A stretch of DNA of 64,000 nt, from the NCBI GenBank assembly GCA_964604555.1, contig CAZRZK010000011.1, positions 14,732 to 78,731 of the forward strand, written 5' to 3'. The translations under genes and the position numbers were made by a program. This document shows positions 26,594 through 37,005 of the stretch, piece by piece. The notes under the pieces are model-generated. The model had not been told where the DNA came from. It worked only from the letters and a program-made list of their open reading frames with translations, and ran no database searches. The stretch's first letter is position 1; each line of letters begins with the position of its first letter. Origin of the DNA: an uncultured Pseudobdellovibrionaceae bacterium (GTDB lineage Bacteria; Bdellovibrionota; FAC87; UBA2466).

Positions 26594-27718
26594 ATGCATG
26601 CTTACCGTGGCCTGACACCGGGCCGATTTCTTTTGATTTACACTGCAAAAGATGTGGTGATGGGTTTTTTATTGGGGACCGGCATCTTCCTTTTTATTCT
26701 TTTAATGTTTCAGGCCATCCGTTTAAGTGAGTTTGTCGTGGTCCATCAAGTCGCTATTAAAGATGTGATGCGCCTTTCGGTCTATTTGCTCCTTTCATTT
26801 GTTCCCATTGCCGTTCCGATCTCTCTTCTTTTTTCGGTGCTCATGGGGATCTCACGTGCCAATACCGAAGGGGAACTCCTCGCATTTCAGGTGAATGGCA
26901 TCAGTCTCCAGCAGCTTTTTATTCCAGTGGGGCTTTTTTCGACCGTCGTAACCGCTCTTTGTCTCTATGCCGCCCTTTATAGTGTTCCCCGAGGGAATCG
27001 GCTTTTCGAATTGCTGATTACAAAATTGGGAAGCGAGCGGGTGATGGCAAACCTAAAGCCGGGTGTTTTCATGGAGGGGTTTTATGGATTGGTCCTCTTC
27101 GCCGAGCAGATTGTCCCGCTTAAAAATGAGATGAAGCAGGTTTTTATCTATGATCGTCGGGATGAGATGCGACCGCTTGCGATCACGGCCGAAGCGGGCG
27201 TTTTAAAAGCTCAACCGGACAAAGGGCTCCTCACTCTGCGCCTGACGAATGGAGCCATTCACGTCGAGAATTTTGATCCCAAAGGAGTGCAGCAGAAATT
27301 AAATTTTGAAGTTTATGACATTAATCTTGAGGTTGCGCGCCCGGGAGAGGGGTGGCGTTCTTATAGTCCGCCTTCCTATAACTTGACCCAATTGAATGAA
27401 CGGATCCGCGAAACCGAGTCGGACCAACCTCACCAACGCCAATTGAAAGTGGAGTTGCACCGGCGATTTTCGATGGCCTTTAGTTGCATCGTTTTTGGTG
27501 TCTTGGGATTTTTAATCGGATCCTTTAGCCAACGAGGAATTCGCAGCACCGCCATTCTTTTCTGCATTGCCGTGGGAGTGGTCTATTGGCTCGCCTTTTT
27601 GGCAGCCAATGCGATGGCCAGCTCTGGAGTTTTATTGCCATGGGTTGCAGTCTGGGCCCCTAACCTCTTCTTTCTGGCCATTTCGCTCTTTCTTTACTCA
27701 CGCCTGAAACGGAATTGA
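26594..27718 (+). CDS. LptF/LptG-family (YjgP/YjgQ) LPS export permease
   Basis: 374 aa in a 3TM-periplasmic domain-3TM layout typical of LptF/G. Confidence 0.6.
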   Translation: MHAYRGLTPGRFLLIYTAKDVVMGFLLGTGIFLFILLMFQAIRLSEFVVVHQVAIKDVMRLSVYLLLSFVPIAVPISLLFSVLMGISRANTEGELLAFQVNGISLQQLFIPVGLFSTVVTALCLYAALYSVPRGNRLFELLITKLGSERVMANLKPGVFMEGFYGLVLFAEQIVPLKNEMKQVFIYDRRDEMRPLAITAEAGVLKAQPDKGLLTLRLTNGAIHVENFDPKGVQQKLNFEVYDINLEVARPGEGWRSYSPPSYNLTQLNERIRETESDQPHQRQLKVELHRRFSMAFSCIVFGVLGFLIGSFSQRGIRSTAILFCIAVGVVYWLAFLAANAMASSGVLLPWVAVWAPNLFFLAISLFLYSRLKRN

Positions 27719-27823
27719 CAAGTGGCTAAAGAATACACACCCAACCGATTCTAACTAGCTGAAAATACAAACAGAATACTGGCCTTTGGCTTGCAGTTGT
27801 ATACTGGTATGGCCATCCCAACT

Positions 27824-27947
27824 GTCATTACGAAAGTCTTGTCATTGCGAGGAGCGAAGCGACCGCCACGCAGCGCTCGCGGCAGGCTCCGCAATCCCGT
27901 CGGCGCGACACCGTCATTGCGAGCCCTGAAAGGGCGAAGCAATCTCC
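27824..27947 (+). repeat. cluster of tandem, degenerate REP-like units upstream of the HExxH protein gene
   Basis: Successive units are gtcattacgaaagtc, GTCATTGCGAGGAGCGAAGCGACCGCCACGCAGCGCTCGCGGCAGGCTCCGCAATC and GTCATTGCGAGCCCTGAAAGGGCGAAGCAATCTCC. The apparent N-terminal extension of the 27791 ORF is read through these repeats. Confidence 0.6.
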
Positions 27948-27955
27948 TTGTGCTC

Positions 27956-29854
27956 ATGCTTATTCTGTCCCTCACTACCCCCAACCTCTACGCCGTCGGC
28001 ACTAACGGTCCAAAACCGATGGAAGATCTCACAGCCAATCGTTTATTGAATGGGGCAATAAAAAAGCGAAAGGCAACTAAGAAGAAATCGGGAAATGGAA
28101 ATGAAGGGGGCTCAGGAGCATTGTCATTAGGCGGCGGAGCCAAAAATTCTGGCTCTGGTGACGGGAATGGAGATCCTGACTCCGATTACAGTACAGCAGT
28201 GGGCGGATTAGAGTTTGGGAAAAAAGGCGGCTCTGGAAAATCCGCAGGAAAGAGTTCCAAAAAAACCGGCGCGAGAATTGGTTATAAAGGGGATACCGAT
28301 CCCGAAACTTTAAGCGGCCCTAGCGATGACCATGATCACGATCATGGCGGTGGAGGGGGAGGATCAGGTCCCCCGGCACCTCCTTCGCCGCCTCAAATCT
28401 TACCTTACTTTCTGCCTCTGTGTTTCTTTTTCGATACAGAATACACAGAGGAAGTTGCCCGTAAAATTGTTAAGGATGTCGTCGACATCTACGCTGCCTG
28501 TGATGTAGCTGTTGATGCGCATACATTTACCTTACGTCCTGGGACCTACCCCCAGCATGATCCTGATAAGTTAAATGAGAACTCCCGGTTTCACTGTAAC
28601 TTCAAAGTGCATTATGTAGATAATAGTCTATATGGAGCGGGACAAAGTTTTCCAAACTCGTTACGTGCCTCAGATAAGATGTGTCCAGAAGGATGGGAGG
28701 AAAAAGTAAGACGAGTTAATGAAGGAGAAGCTGAAAAAGATGTGATGACAACAGCAGGCTGCGCTGGAATGCCAGGAGATGCTTCTATTGTCGATTTCAT
28801 GGGAAGCGGGGGTGTTTCTGCTCATGAATTCGGCCATAATATTGGCCGGCCCGGTCGCGGAGGCGATTACCTCGAAAACGAGGGAGAGGGGAATAAAGTA
28901 CGTACGAAAGCAGGGTTGGGGCTTCAACTCAAAAATAGCCCAGTCAATGATAAGGAAAAAGCTGTTCATCATGATGAAGGAACACATCATGCTGGAGGGT
29001 TTACTGGTCCGGGTTGCGCTTCGATTCAAGGCGGTGCAAACGATAACTCCGTACGAAAAATTCCTTATATCAAAAATGCATTGGAATCTTATTATACGAA
29101 GGCTACGACCACTGAGGAAATGATCGATTATAATGGGCGAAATCAGCCGGCGCTTCCGACAGGAAATACTCCAGACCCGGTGGTGACCGAACGACGTCCG
29201 CCCGCTCCACCCGCCTTTGTTAGTAACAATATGTTCGGCGAAGGCTCATCGGGCACTCCTCAATCTGGTGCTGGGCCTGGCGGCCACCCTGGCGTCCCAG
29301 CTAGCAATGGAAAAAGCGGCGGCGGTTTTTCAGGCGGTGTGAGTTCCCCCGTTCCTCCCATTCCAATCGCCAGCAATGGCATCGGAGGAGGGAGTAATTT
29401 AAGTGGGGATCTTCCTGCTCCTCCACCAGAAGGGCCTCAGTCTGAGGTCGCAGGAGAGGCGGGTTCACAACCCAATTCGGCCAATCCACCTCAAGCAAAA
29501 GGAAACCGTTTCATCTACATGAATGATGGATCCACGGTCAGTGGCACCGCTGCCGATGCCTTATTGGGCAAAGCAGGGGTCGGTGGAGGCGGGCTTCCGC
29601 TAGCGGCAGAAGGTGCAAATGGAGAAGGTGGAAAATCGGGGGGCTCCAGTGCGATTGGAGGTTTAGAGAGTAGCGCTGCGGGAGGGACTCGCATCGTTGC
29701 AAACGCCAATGAAGGGGATCCGAGTAATCCCGATTTTGATAAACGAAAAAAGGGTGGAAAAAAGAAGAAACGCCGCCGTCCCATCATGCGGACCACCGAC
29801 CCCTCTACCCTCTATCAAAGTGCGGGCGAAGCTCCAGCCTCCACAAACGAGTAA
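27956..29854 (+). CDS. secreted Gly-rich protein with HExxH motif (putative zinc metallopeptidase)
   Basis: Short signal peptide (MLILSLTTPNLYA), long Gly-rich low-complexity stretches, HEFGHNIG, and a DHDHDHGGGGGG/PPAPPSPP linker. The start was moved to 27956 to exclude repeat-derived codons. Confidence 0.45.
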   Translation: MLILSLTTPNLYAVGTNGPKPMEDLTANRLLNGAIKKRKATKKKSGNGNEGGSGALSLGGGAKNSGSGDGNGDPDSDYSTAVGGLEFGKKGGSGKSAGKSSKKTGARIGYKGDTDPETLSGPSDDHDHDHGGGGGGSGPPAPPSPPQILPYFLPLCFFFDTEYTEEVARKIVKDVVDIYAACDVAVDAHTFTLRPGTYPQHDPDKLNENSRFHCNFKVHYVDNSLYGAGQSFPNSLRASDKMCPEGWEEKVRRVNEGEAEKDVMTTAGCAGMPGDASIVDFMGSGGVSAHEFGHNIGRPGRGGDYLENEGEGNKVRTKAGLGLQLKNSPVNDKEKAVHHDEGTHHAGGFTGPGCASIQGGANDNSVRKIPYIKNALESYYTKATTTEEMIDYNGRNQPALPTGNTPDPVVTERRPPAPPAFVSNNMFGEGSSGTPQSGAGPGGHPGVPASNGKSGGGFSGGVSSPVPPIPIASNGIGGGSNLSGDLPAPPPEGPQSEVAGEAGSQPNSANPPQAKGNRFIYMNDGSTVSGTAADALLGKAGVGGGGLPLAAEGANGEGGKSGGSSAIGGLESSAAGGTRIVANANEGDPSNPDFDKRKKGGKKKKRRRPIMRTTDPSTLYQSAGEAPASTNE

Positions 29855-29924
29855 ATCGGTTGATTTAATGCTATGCATTATATAGGTTCAATTCCCTGAG
29901 CTTTAGAAAGCCGTTTGGAGGGAG

Positions 29925-32900
29925 TTGAAGATGTGGAACTGGATTGGACAGTGTTGCTATTGCAGCTTGAGCAGCATAGTGCTTATTTTAGTCTTAGGGT
30001 GTTCCAAACCGCAGGAATCCCCAAAGCCTCTCCCAGTCTCTAATCCACCCTTAGTACAACCCACCAAACCCTCCCCAACTATTCAGGCCCTTCCTCCCGC
30101 GATCAAAAAAGAGATTCAGGAAGAGATTTTGCAAGATGGAATTGCCCGCTATGCCGAGCTCACTGTCATCTTGGCGGTAAAAGATGCACAAAAAACGGGA
30201 CGGACTATAGAAGCGGCGGGTGGGAAGGTAACCTACGATCCCAATTTTGGAGATGGAAGCGAGATTCCTTTTTTAATTGCCGAGCTTCCGCCAAAAAAAC
30301 TTTTCGAAAATGAATTTATCCAATCGCTGGAGTTGCGAGGAATCAGTGTCGATCACCCCCGCATTCGCAGCTACAAACCTCTCCAAGCTCCGGGGAATTT
30401 TTCACCCATCTATGTGCCTACGAATGAAGTGGGAGTTGTAGAGTTTCGGAAACGTCCTGGAAATGTGCTGGGGGAGAACACTCTGGCAGCGGTCATAGAT
30501 ACTGGCATCGATGCCGCCCATTTCGCCTTTCAAGATCGCGTCGTTTATTGGGCCGATCTCACTCGCGAAGGCACGGTCGATGTGGAGGTGGGTAAAGTCA
30601 CCGGTACGCAAGTGACAGTCAAAGATGGGGTTTTGTGGACAATTCCCAGTGGTATTGATTCTAAGAAGCCAATCTATGTTGGGGTGTTTTCTGAAGAGGA
30701 GATGGGAGTTCAGGCAGCAGAAGCGGATAAGCTAGCAGGGCAAGGTGGCTTTGATCTGAATGGGAATGGGCTTTACGATGATGAATACCTCTTTGTCGCC
30801 GGGGAAAAGACTGGTGCTTCGAAGGAATGGGTTCTCTATCTGGATCGCAATGGAGATGGAGCACTTTCCGATGCCGAGGCCAAAATCGGAGTGGGAGATT
30901 TTAACTCTTCTGCTAAAAAACAGTTGCTGAGCTTCTCCCCGTCAAAAAAATATCCACTCCTTTTTGATGCAGATCCAGCGGGGACCTTGCTCACCGTCAC
31001 CGTCGGCGTAGATCAACAGGCTCATGGCACCCATGTTGCGGGAATTATAGCGGCAGACGATAAACAGGGTAAGGTGATTGGAGTGGCTCCACGTGCGAAG
31101 CTTATGGCGCTGAAAGTTTGCAGTGGAATTACCTGCACCGATTCTGCGTTGCTCAGAGGCTTGATCGAGGCCTTCTATAATCCACAAGGGCTCGTTCCCG
31201 ATGTGGTTAATCTTTCACTCGGAAGTTTAGAGCATCAGGTGGAAGATCCACTCAATATTTTAATGCGGGATCTTTCCGCTAAGTTTGGTGCCGCCTTTTT
31301 CACCGGTGCCTCCAATGATGGACCTGGATACCGCACCTTGAATTCCCTTGGCAGCCATGGCCCAGCCACGATGGTGGGGGCTTATGCCTCAAGGGAGATG
31401 CTCCAAAAACTTTATAATCTCGATGCTGATGTAAAAATGCCCTTTGACTCCATGCTTTTTTTTAGTTCGATGGGGCCTTCTTTTACCGGGCAGCTTAGAC
31501 CTAACTTAGTGGCTCCGGGAGCGGCCCTTTCTCTTTCTCCGATGCACAATTCTGAAATGATGAATGGGACCAGCATGGCTTCTCCACTTGCGGCGGGAAC
31601 GGCTTTGGCGCTCATTGGCTATAGTCGAACGTTAGATAACAAAGGAAGGATTAAGGACCCTGTCTTTGCAAAAGCAGAGCAAAAAAGAAAAGAGAAAATT
31701 GAGCTTTCCAAGAAAAAGGAGAAGGGGGCATTTTCTAATCTTGCAGCAGCATTGGCCATTCGGCAAAGTTTCGAAAGAACTGCCAAGCCAATGCCCCAAT
31801 ACACCATCACTCAGCGAGGATTCGGGTTGATGCAACTGAATCCTGCCGTGGATGAATATCGCCGAATTGTTGATTTGCTCAATCAAAAAAAATTAACACT
31901 GGTTGATTTTGCGATCGAGACCAACGGGGAAACTGGGCTTTATGATCGAAATTTAGAGATTGAACCGGTCAAGCAGATCACCCTTTCGGTGGTAAAAGAT
32001 GCGGAGCATTTAAGTGGTAACTATGACATCCAAAACAGTCCGTTGGAGTTGAGGTTGATGAAAGTGGAGATCCAGGCTCCTGATGGCTCAATCGAGGTGA
32101 AGGAGCCTGGGAAAACCCCCACAACCGAATTTCCCATTACATTGGCGAACCGTGGGGTGGAAAACGCGGTAGCCTTCAAGTACCTACTTACTTTGAACAA
32201 CTACCTTCGCGCCTCCTTTCTATCGGTACGTCATCTCGAAAAGATGGAGCGGGGGAAGACCTATATCGCTGAATATGCCCTCTTCGATCGAGATCAGAAG
32301 CTCTTTACACTCGTCGACCAAGTCCATAGACCCATCGAGCTTTCTTCGCTGCCTACGACAGTGGATTTCCCGTCGCTAGCGAATGAAAAACGCAAAAAAT
32401 CGACCGCGTTTGTAGTGGCTGAAAAGGAGATTGAAGCGAACGGGTTTCACAGATATCCCATTGCCATCACCAAAGCCGACTATGCTTTAAATATAGAAAT
32501 GGCTTTTAGCATTACGGATGCTCTTAAGAAGAGTGGGGGATTCCTCTATTACATTCTTTATGATCCCTCAGGGAAGATTATTGAAAGAAAATCAATTTCC
32601 CGATCCAATAAGCTGGTCAGTGAGATCAGGAAATCGAAACTGTCGACGAGACGAATTAAACCTGGAATCTATGAGCTGGTGATTGCAAACAGCTCAGGGC
32701 GCTGGATGGGAAAGACCCAATATGATCTGTTGGTCTGGTCAAGTCGGGTAAAGCCTTCCGAATCGGCAATAGCCCTGAAAACAGGTCAATCCAGCAAACT
32801 TCTCTCCATCTCCAATCCCGAAGAAAGCAAAAAATGGAAGGTGGAATCAGAGGAATGGCGCAGGCTGCAGCTGATGAAAAAAATCAAACTGCTCCCCAAT

Positions 32901-33431
32901 CACTGGAGCTTACGACGTCTTCAGATCCCATCTATCAATAATATCCCTGGCCCTGAAAAGATTACTGTCGAGATATCGAAAGCAAATGATCAGGAAAGTC
33001 TTTCCTTTGGTGGACGAATCGTGAACCAGCTTTTCACCCTAAAAGGAAAAAGCTTAAAGGCTGTTTACCATGCCAGCGAAAGTCTTTCTAAAGCGGGTCA
33101 CAATGTGGTCTTTGAAGAGGTGGAGCGTCCGAAGGAAGACGAGTTCGATCCCGTTTATGTGGCCGTAGAAACTTATGAACTTGGAGATCGTCGGAGTGAC
33201 AATGCTTCTATTACGTTAGATCTGGAAGCTTGGTATAAAGACCTCCCTGTTAAATTAGAGGGGGAGTTTTCATATAAGCTCCGACAAGAGAGCACCGCCG
33301 GGGTTTTATTGCTGGAACTCTTTTCTCCTAAAGCGATCTTGGGAGGCGGCACGATCCGAAAATATTTTAAGGTTAAGCAGGAAGAATCGGAAGTAGAGCT
33401 AGAGATCCCGGTTACGATTGAGTCAGAATAG
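29925..33431 (+). CDS. large secreted/lipoprotein subtilisin-like serine protease (S8) with ~650-aa C-terminal extension
   Basis: Lipobox (LVLGC). Triad motifs AAVIDTGIDAAHF, HGTHVAGIIAA and GTSMASPLAAGTA. The long C-terminal domains are unassigned. Confidence 0.8.
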   Translation: MKMWNWIGQCCYCSLSSIVLILVLGCSKPQESPKPLPVSNPPLVQPTKPSPTIQALPPAIKKEIQEEILQDGIARYAELTVILAVKDAQKTGRTIEAAGGKVTYDPNFGDGSEIPFLIAELPPKKLFENEFIQSLELRGISVDHPRIRSYKPLQAPGNFSPIYVPTNEVGVVEFRKRPGNVLGENTLAAVIDTGIDAAHFAFQDRVVYWADLTREGTVDVEVGKVTGTQVTVKDGVLWTIPSGIDSKKPIYVGVFSEEEMGVQAAEADKLAGQGGFDLNGNGLYDDEYLFVAGEKTGASKEWVLYLDRNGDGALSDAEAKIGVGDFNSSAKKQLLSFSPSKKYPLLFDADPAGTLLTVTVGVDQQAHGTHVAGIIAADDKQGKVIGVAPRAKLMALKVCSGITCTDSALLRGLIEAFYNPQGLVPDVVNLSLGSLEHQVEDPLNILMRDLSAKFGAAFFTGASNDGPGYRTLNSLGSHGPATMVGAYASREMLQKLYNLDADVKMPFDSMLFFSSMGPSFTGQLRPNLVAPGAALSLSPMHNSEMMNGTSMASPLAAGTALALIGYSRTLDNKGRIKDPVFAKAEQKRKEKIELSKKKEKGAFSNLAAALAIRQSFERTAKPMPQYTITQRGFGLMQLNPAVDEYRRIVDLLNQKKLTLVDFAIETNGETGLYDRNLEIEPVKQITLSVVKDAEHLSGNYDIQNSPLELRLMKVEIQAPDGSIEVKEPGKTPTTEFPITLANRGVENAVAFKYLLTLNNYLRASFLSVRHLEKMERGKTYIAEYALFDRDQKLFTLVDQVHRPIELSSLPTTVDFPSLANEKRKKSTAFVVAEKEIEANGFHRYPIAITKADYALNIEMAFSITDALKKSGGFLYYILYDPSGKIIERKSISRSNKLVSEIRKSKLSTRRIKPGIYELVIANSSGRWMGKTQYDLLVWSSRVKPSESAIALKTGQSSKLLSISNPEESKKWKVESEEWRRLQLMKKIKLLPNHWSLRRLQIPSINNIPGPEKITVEISKANDQESLSFGGRIVNQLFTLKGKSLKAVYHASESLSKAGHNVVFEEVERPKEDEFDPVYVAVETYELGDRRSDNASITLDLEAWYKDLPVKLEGEFSYKLRQESTAGVLLLELFSPKAILGGGTIRKYFKVKQEESEVELEIPVTIESE

Positions 33432-34500
33432 ATCGGACGAGCTTTGCAAATTGATGGACCTCCTCTTCGGTCGTGTCGAACGAGGTCATCCATCTCACCT
33501 CGGAGAGCTTCTCATCCCAGATATAGAAGAACCAGTCTTTTTGAATGAGAGGAATTATCTTTGTCGGAAGAATAGCAAAGACGGCATTCGCTTCCACCTT
33601 GCGGGTGATTTGCACTCCAGGAATAGTCGCCACTTCCTTCGCGAGGAGTTGCGCCATGCGATTAGCATGAGCCCCGTTTTTCAACCACAGACTATCTTCT
33701 AGGAGTGCTTCAAATTGAGCTGAAAAAAAACGCATCTTTGAGGCCAGCTGCATCCCCTGTTTGCGAATGTAGGGAAAATATTTGCCGAGTTCAGGATTTA
33801 AGAAAATCACCGCTTCACCGGCCAAAAGCCCATTTTTGGTTCCGCCAAAACTGAGAACATCCACCCCGGCATCCAACGAAATCTCTTTTAGGCCACAGTT
33901 GAGGGCTGCCGCTGCATTCGCAATTCGTGCGCCATCCATATGAAGGTAGAGACCATTTTGGTGGGCAAAGTCGGCAATTTTTCGAATTTCATCAAGCGAA
34001 TAGAGCGTTCCATATTCGGTCGTTTGGGTGATCGAGATTACTTTGGGGACAACTCGATGGGGATAGGTTCCATGTGCGGAAGCAATCGCTCCCTTGACCA
34101 CCTCTAAACTCTCCGCCGTCAATTTTCCATTGGTATGGGGAAGCAAGATCAGTTTAGAGCCCAAAGCCGCTTCAGGCGCGCCACATTCATCGGAGTTAAG
34201 ATGAGCCGTAGGGGCACATAACACCGCTTCAAAGGGTTGAAGCATACTCTTTAACCCCAATACATTCGCAGCCGTTCCATTAAAGACAAAGAAAACCTCA
34301 ACCTTTGGGTAGAGAATCGCCCTAAATTTTGCCATTGCCGATTCGGTAATGGGATCTTCCCCATAGGAATGAGTCGTGCCTAAATTGATTTTCGAAATTG
34401 CTTCTAGGATTTTGGGGTGAACACGGGCGTGATTGTCACTCCCGAAACTTTTTTTCTTAAACCACTCTGCCGATGTAGTCATATTCCATGGAACGTTCAA
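33412..34500 (-). CDS. threonine aldolase-family PLP enzyme (beta-eliminating lyase fold)
   Basis: N-terminal SFGSDN motif and PLP lysine region GGTKNG. The 3' end overlaps the subtilase gene by 20 bp. Confidence 0.55.
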   Translation of the reverse strand: MNVPWNMTTSAEWFKKKSFGSDNHARVHPKILEAISKINLGTTHSYGEDPITESAMAKFRAILYPKVEVFFVFNGTAANVLGLKSMLQPFEAVLCAPTAHLNSDECGAPEAALGSKLILLPHTNGKLTAESLEVVKGAIASAHGTYPHRVVPKVISITQTTEYGTLYSLDEIRKIADFAHQNGLYLHMDGARIANAAAALNCGLKEISLDAGVDVLSFGGTKNGLLAGEAVIFLNPELGKYFPYIRKQGMQLASKMRFFSAQFEALLEDSLWLKNGAHANRMAQLLAKEVATIPGVQITRKVEANAVFAILPTKIIPLIQKDWFFYIWDEKLSEVRWMTSFDTTEEEVHQFAKLVRSILTQS

Positions 34501-35797
34501 TCAAAACCGATTGAAGGGTCCCTTTCTCCAATTTCCCTGAACGGATCAGGATTTTACCGTCGATATCTGGGGCCTGCCCTTGGTGGCGGCCGCTCCATAG
34601 AAATTCCGACTCTTCGGAGATTTCTTCAATCAAAACGGGAATCGTCTTTCCAATCAGCTTCTGGGTACGATGATGGGAAATCTGTTGCTGGATTTCCATA
34701 ATCTCATCCCGGCGCGCTTCCTTCACATCTTGCGGGAGTTGACCCGGCAGGAGGTAAGAGGCGGTGTTCTCTTCATGGGAATAGGCAAAGACTCCAAGAT
34801 GATCAAATTCAAATTCTTTCACGAAGCCAGCAAGTTGTTTGAACTCCTCCTCGGTTTCTCCGGGATAACCAGCGATCAAGGTGCTTCGGATAAACACGTC
34901 AGGAATCCGTTCACGCAGTTTGGTGAGCCGTTCTTTGATGTGTTGTCCGGTCACTTTACGATTCATCAGGTGCAGCATGCGATCGTTGATGTGTTGCACC
35001 GGCATGTCGATGTATTTGCAGATCTTGGGTTCGGTTGCGATCAACTCCAAAAGCTCATCGGAGAGTTCATCGGGATAGAGATAAAGCATCCGGATCCATT
35101 CGAGCCCTTCTACTTTGACCAATTCCCTTAATAGTCCAACGAGGTTGGTCCCATCTCTGAGATCCCGCCCATAGTCGGTGAGATCCTGGCCAATCAAATT
35201 GAGTTCCTTCGCTCCTTCATTCACCCAACGTTGCGCTTCCTTTACCAAGGAAGGAATGGTTCGGCTTCTTAAAGATCCTCGGATTTTAGGGATAATGCAG
35301 AAAGCGCAGTTTTTAATGCACCCTTCCGAAATCTTTAAATAGGCCCGATAGAAAGGCTGCGAATTGATCCGGGGGGTGTTTTCATTATGGATATATTTCG
35401 GATGATTGAATCCTTGAACGATTTCTTTTTTCCCTTCGATAAACTGGAGGATCTCCCCGTATTGACCCGTTCCGACAAAGGCATCGACCTCGGGAAAGGA
35501 TACTTTCAGATCGGCAAGGTAGCGTTGCGGCAGACATCCGGAAACAATCAAACGCTCACAGCTACCCGCCTCTTTGAATTGTGCCATTTCAATGATGGCA
35601 TCGATCGATTCTTTTTTAGAGGCTTCGATGAAACTGCAGGTATTGAGAATGATAACTTTAGCGTCATCCGGTTTCGTGACGATCTGAAAACCATCTTCCT
35701 TTGAAATGCCGAGCATGACCTCGGCGTCTACTAGGTTCTTTACGCATCCTAGACTTTGAAAAAAAATCTTTTTTTCGGAAACCGGTTGAACGTTCAC
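34457..35797 (-). CDS. rimO: ribosomal protein S12 methylthiotransferase
   Basis: MTTase N-domain (FFQSLGCVKNLVDAEVM), radical-SAM CxxxCxxC (CIKNCAFCIIP) and a C-terminal TRAM domain. Confidence 0.7.
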   Translation of the reverse strand: MNVQPVSEKKIFFQSLGCVKNLVDAEVMLGISKEDGFQIVTKPDDAKVIILNTCSFIEASKKESIDAIIEMAQFKEAGSCERLIVSGCLPQRYLADLKVSFPEVDAFVGTGQYGEILQFIEGKKEIVQGFNHPKYIHNENTPRINSQPFYRAYLKISEGCIKNCAFCIIPKIRGSLRSRTIPSLVKEAQRWVNEGAKELNLIGQDLTDYGRDLRDGTNLVGLLRELVKVEGLEWIRMLYLYPDELSDELLELIATEPKICKYIDMPVQHINDRMLHLMNRKVTGQHIKERLTKLRERIPDVFIRSTLIAGYPGETEEEFKQLAGFVKEFEFDHLGVFAYSHEENTASYLLPGQLPQDVKEARRDEIMEIQQQISHHRTQKLIGKTIPVLIEEISEESEFLWSGRHQGQAPDIDGKILIRSGKLEKGTLQSVLIERSMEYDYIGRVV

Positions 35798-35798
35798 A

Positions 35799-36287
35799 TT
35801 AATCCCTAAAGTTCAAGAACTGGAAATCAAGACCCAAATCCTGATTCCGAATCAGCGCGATGGCATCCTGGAGATCATCTCTTTTTTTGCCGGTCACCCG
35901 CACCTGTTCATCTTGGAATTGCGATTGCACTTTTAAGTTAGAATCTTTGATGAGTTTATTAAGCGCCTTGGCCTTTTCCCCAGGAATCCCTTGCTGGAGT
36001 TTAATCACTTGTCTCGCGGTGCCTTCAAAGGCAGGTTCGATTTTTCCCATCTCCATGTTCTTGAGGGAGATCCCGCGCTTTACTAACTTCGATTGGAGGA
36101 TATCGAGCACCGCTTTCAGTTTGTATTCGTCATCTCCGATGAGGGTGATCTCTTCCTTCTTGTTCCATTCGATTTTGCTTTTGGAGCCCTTAAAATCATA
36201 GCGTTGCAACATCTCTTTTTGGGCTTGATTGATGGCATTATCGACCTCTTGAAGATCGACCTTCACGACAATGTCAAAAGACGGCAT
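35799..36287 (-). CDS. yajQ: YajQ-family nucleotide-binding protein
   Basis: [22 protein letters not shown]-terminus and the length are typical of YajQ. Confidence 0.8.
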   Translation of the reverse strand: MPSFDIVVKVDLQEVDNAINQAQKEMLQRYDFKGSKSKIEWNKKEEITLIGDDEYKLKAVLDILQSKLVKRGISLKNMEMGKIEPAFEGTARQVIKLQQGIPGEKAKALNKLIKDSNLKVQSQFQDEQVRVTGKKRDDLQDAIALIRNQDLGLDFQFLNFRD

Positions 36288-36298
36288 TTTATCTTCTC

Positions 36299-36913
36299 CT
36301 ATTGTTCAGAAACGATATCCGTCGCCTCTTTTTTATATTCAAAAAGGCTGTCTTTAACGGCTCGATTGGTCTGGATATCGCTAAAATCCAATCGCACTCG
36401 CGATTCGCTGTTTTCCGAGATTAAAGCGACGAGAAGATAGCTCGATTTCAAAACTTCTGCAACCAGGGGCTCGTCTCCGGGTGTATTAGGGGTGAGCCGG
36501 ATGAGATAGCGGTCCTTTTTCTCCTCTAAGAGCTTGATTTGATAGGCTTCTTTCATCTTCGCCTTCCCCGAAAGGAAGCGCAGAGGGCCTTTAGAAATTT
36601 CCTTTGAAATATCCTTATAGATATCGACCGTCCGGTTTTTGCGGCTGGGGTTGTTCTGGATAATGGTTAGCTTGTTATCGTTAAGAAGTTGTTGGATTCC
36701 CTCGGTTTTCGAATCCCACAGGAGATGCCCGGGTTTTTTAAGGGTGACTCTACCCTGATTCTCTTCATGGGTTCCCATCCGCTTCGAGTGGATGGCTTGT
36801 TTGAAGGAAGCTTCGAAAGTTTTGGTGGAGTCCCATTGGGTTTGGAGTTTTTGGATAATGCTTTCGGGGGTGAGGGCGTTGGCAAAAGATAATAAAAGAA
36901 AAAAGAAGAGCAT
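36299..36913 (-). CDS. lolA: outer-membrane lipoprotein carrier protein LolA-like
   Basis: Signal peptide. The length and pattern fit the LolA/LppX fold (ASFKQ...ETVHYAKIK-like). Confidence 0.55.
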   Translation of the reverse strand: MLFFFLLLSFANALTPESIIQKLQTQWDSTKTFEASFKQAIHSKRMGTHEENQGRVTLKKPGHLLWDSKTEGIQQLLNDNKLTIIQNNPSRKNRTVDIYKDISKEISKGPLRFLSGKAKMKEAYQIKLLEEKKDRYLIRLTPNTPGDEPLVAEVLKSSYLLVALISENSESRVRLDFSDIQTNRAVKDSLFEYKKEATDIVSEQ

Positions 36914-37005
36914 GCTTCTGTTTAAAGCATATTCTACTTATAAAATCATTGCTTTAAACTCACGAAATATTCAGTGTCGGAAACCTGGGATGTAATCAGG
37001 TCGAT

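Noticed and set aside
27791-27955. N-terminal 55-aa extension of the 27791..29854 ORF (MQLYTGMAIPTVITKVLSLRGAKRPP...)
   Set aside because: This stretch is translated straight through tandem REP-like repeat units. A Met at 27956 followed by a signal peptide is a far more plausible start.
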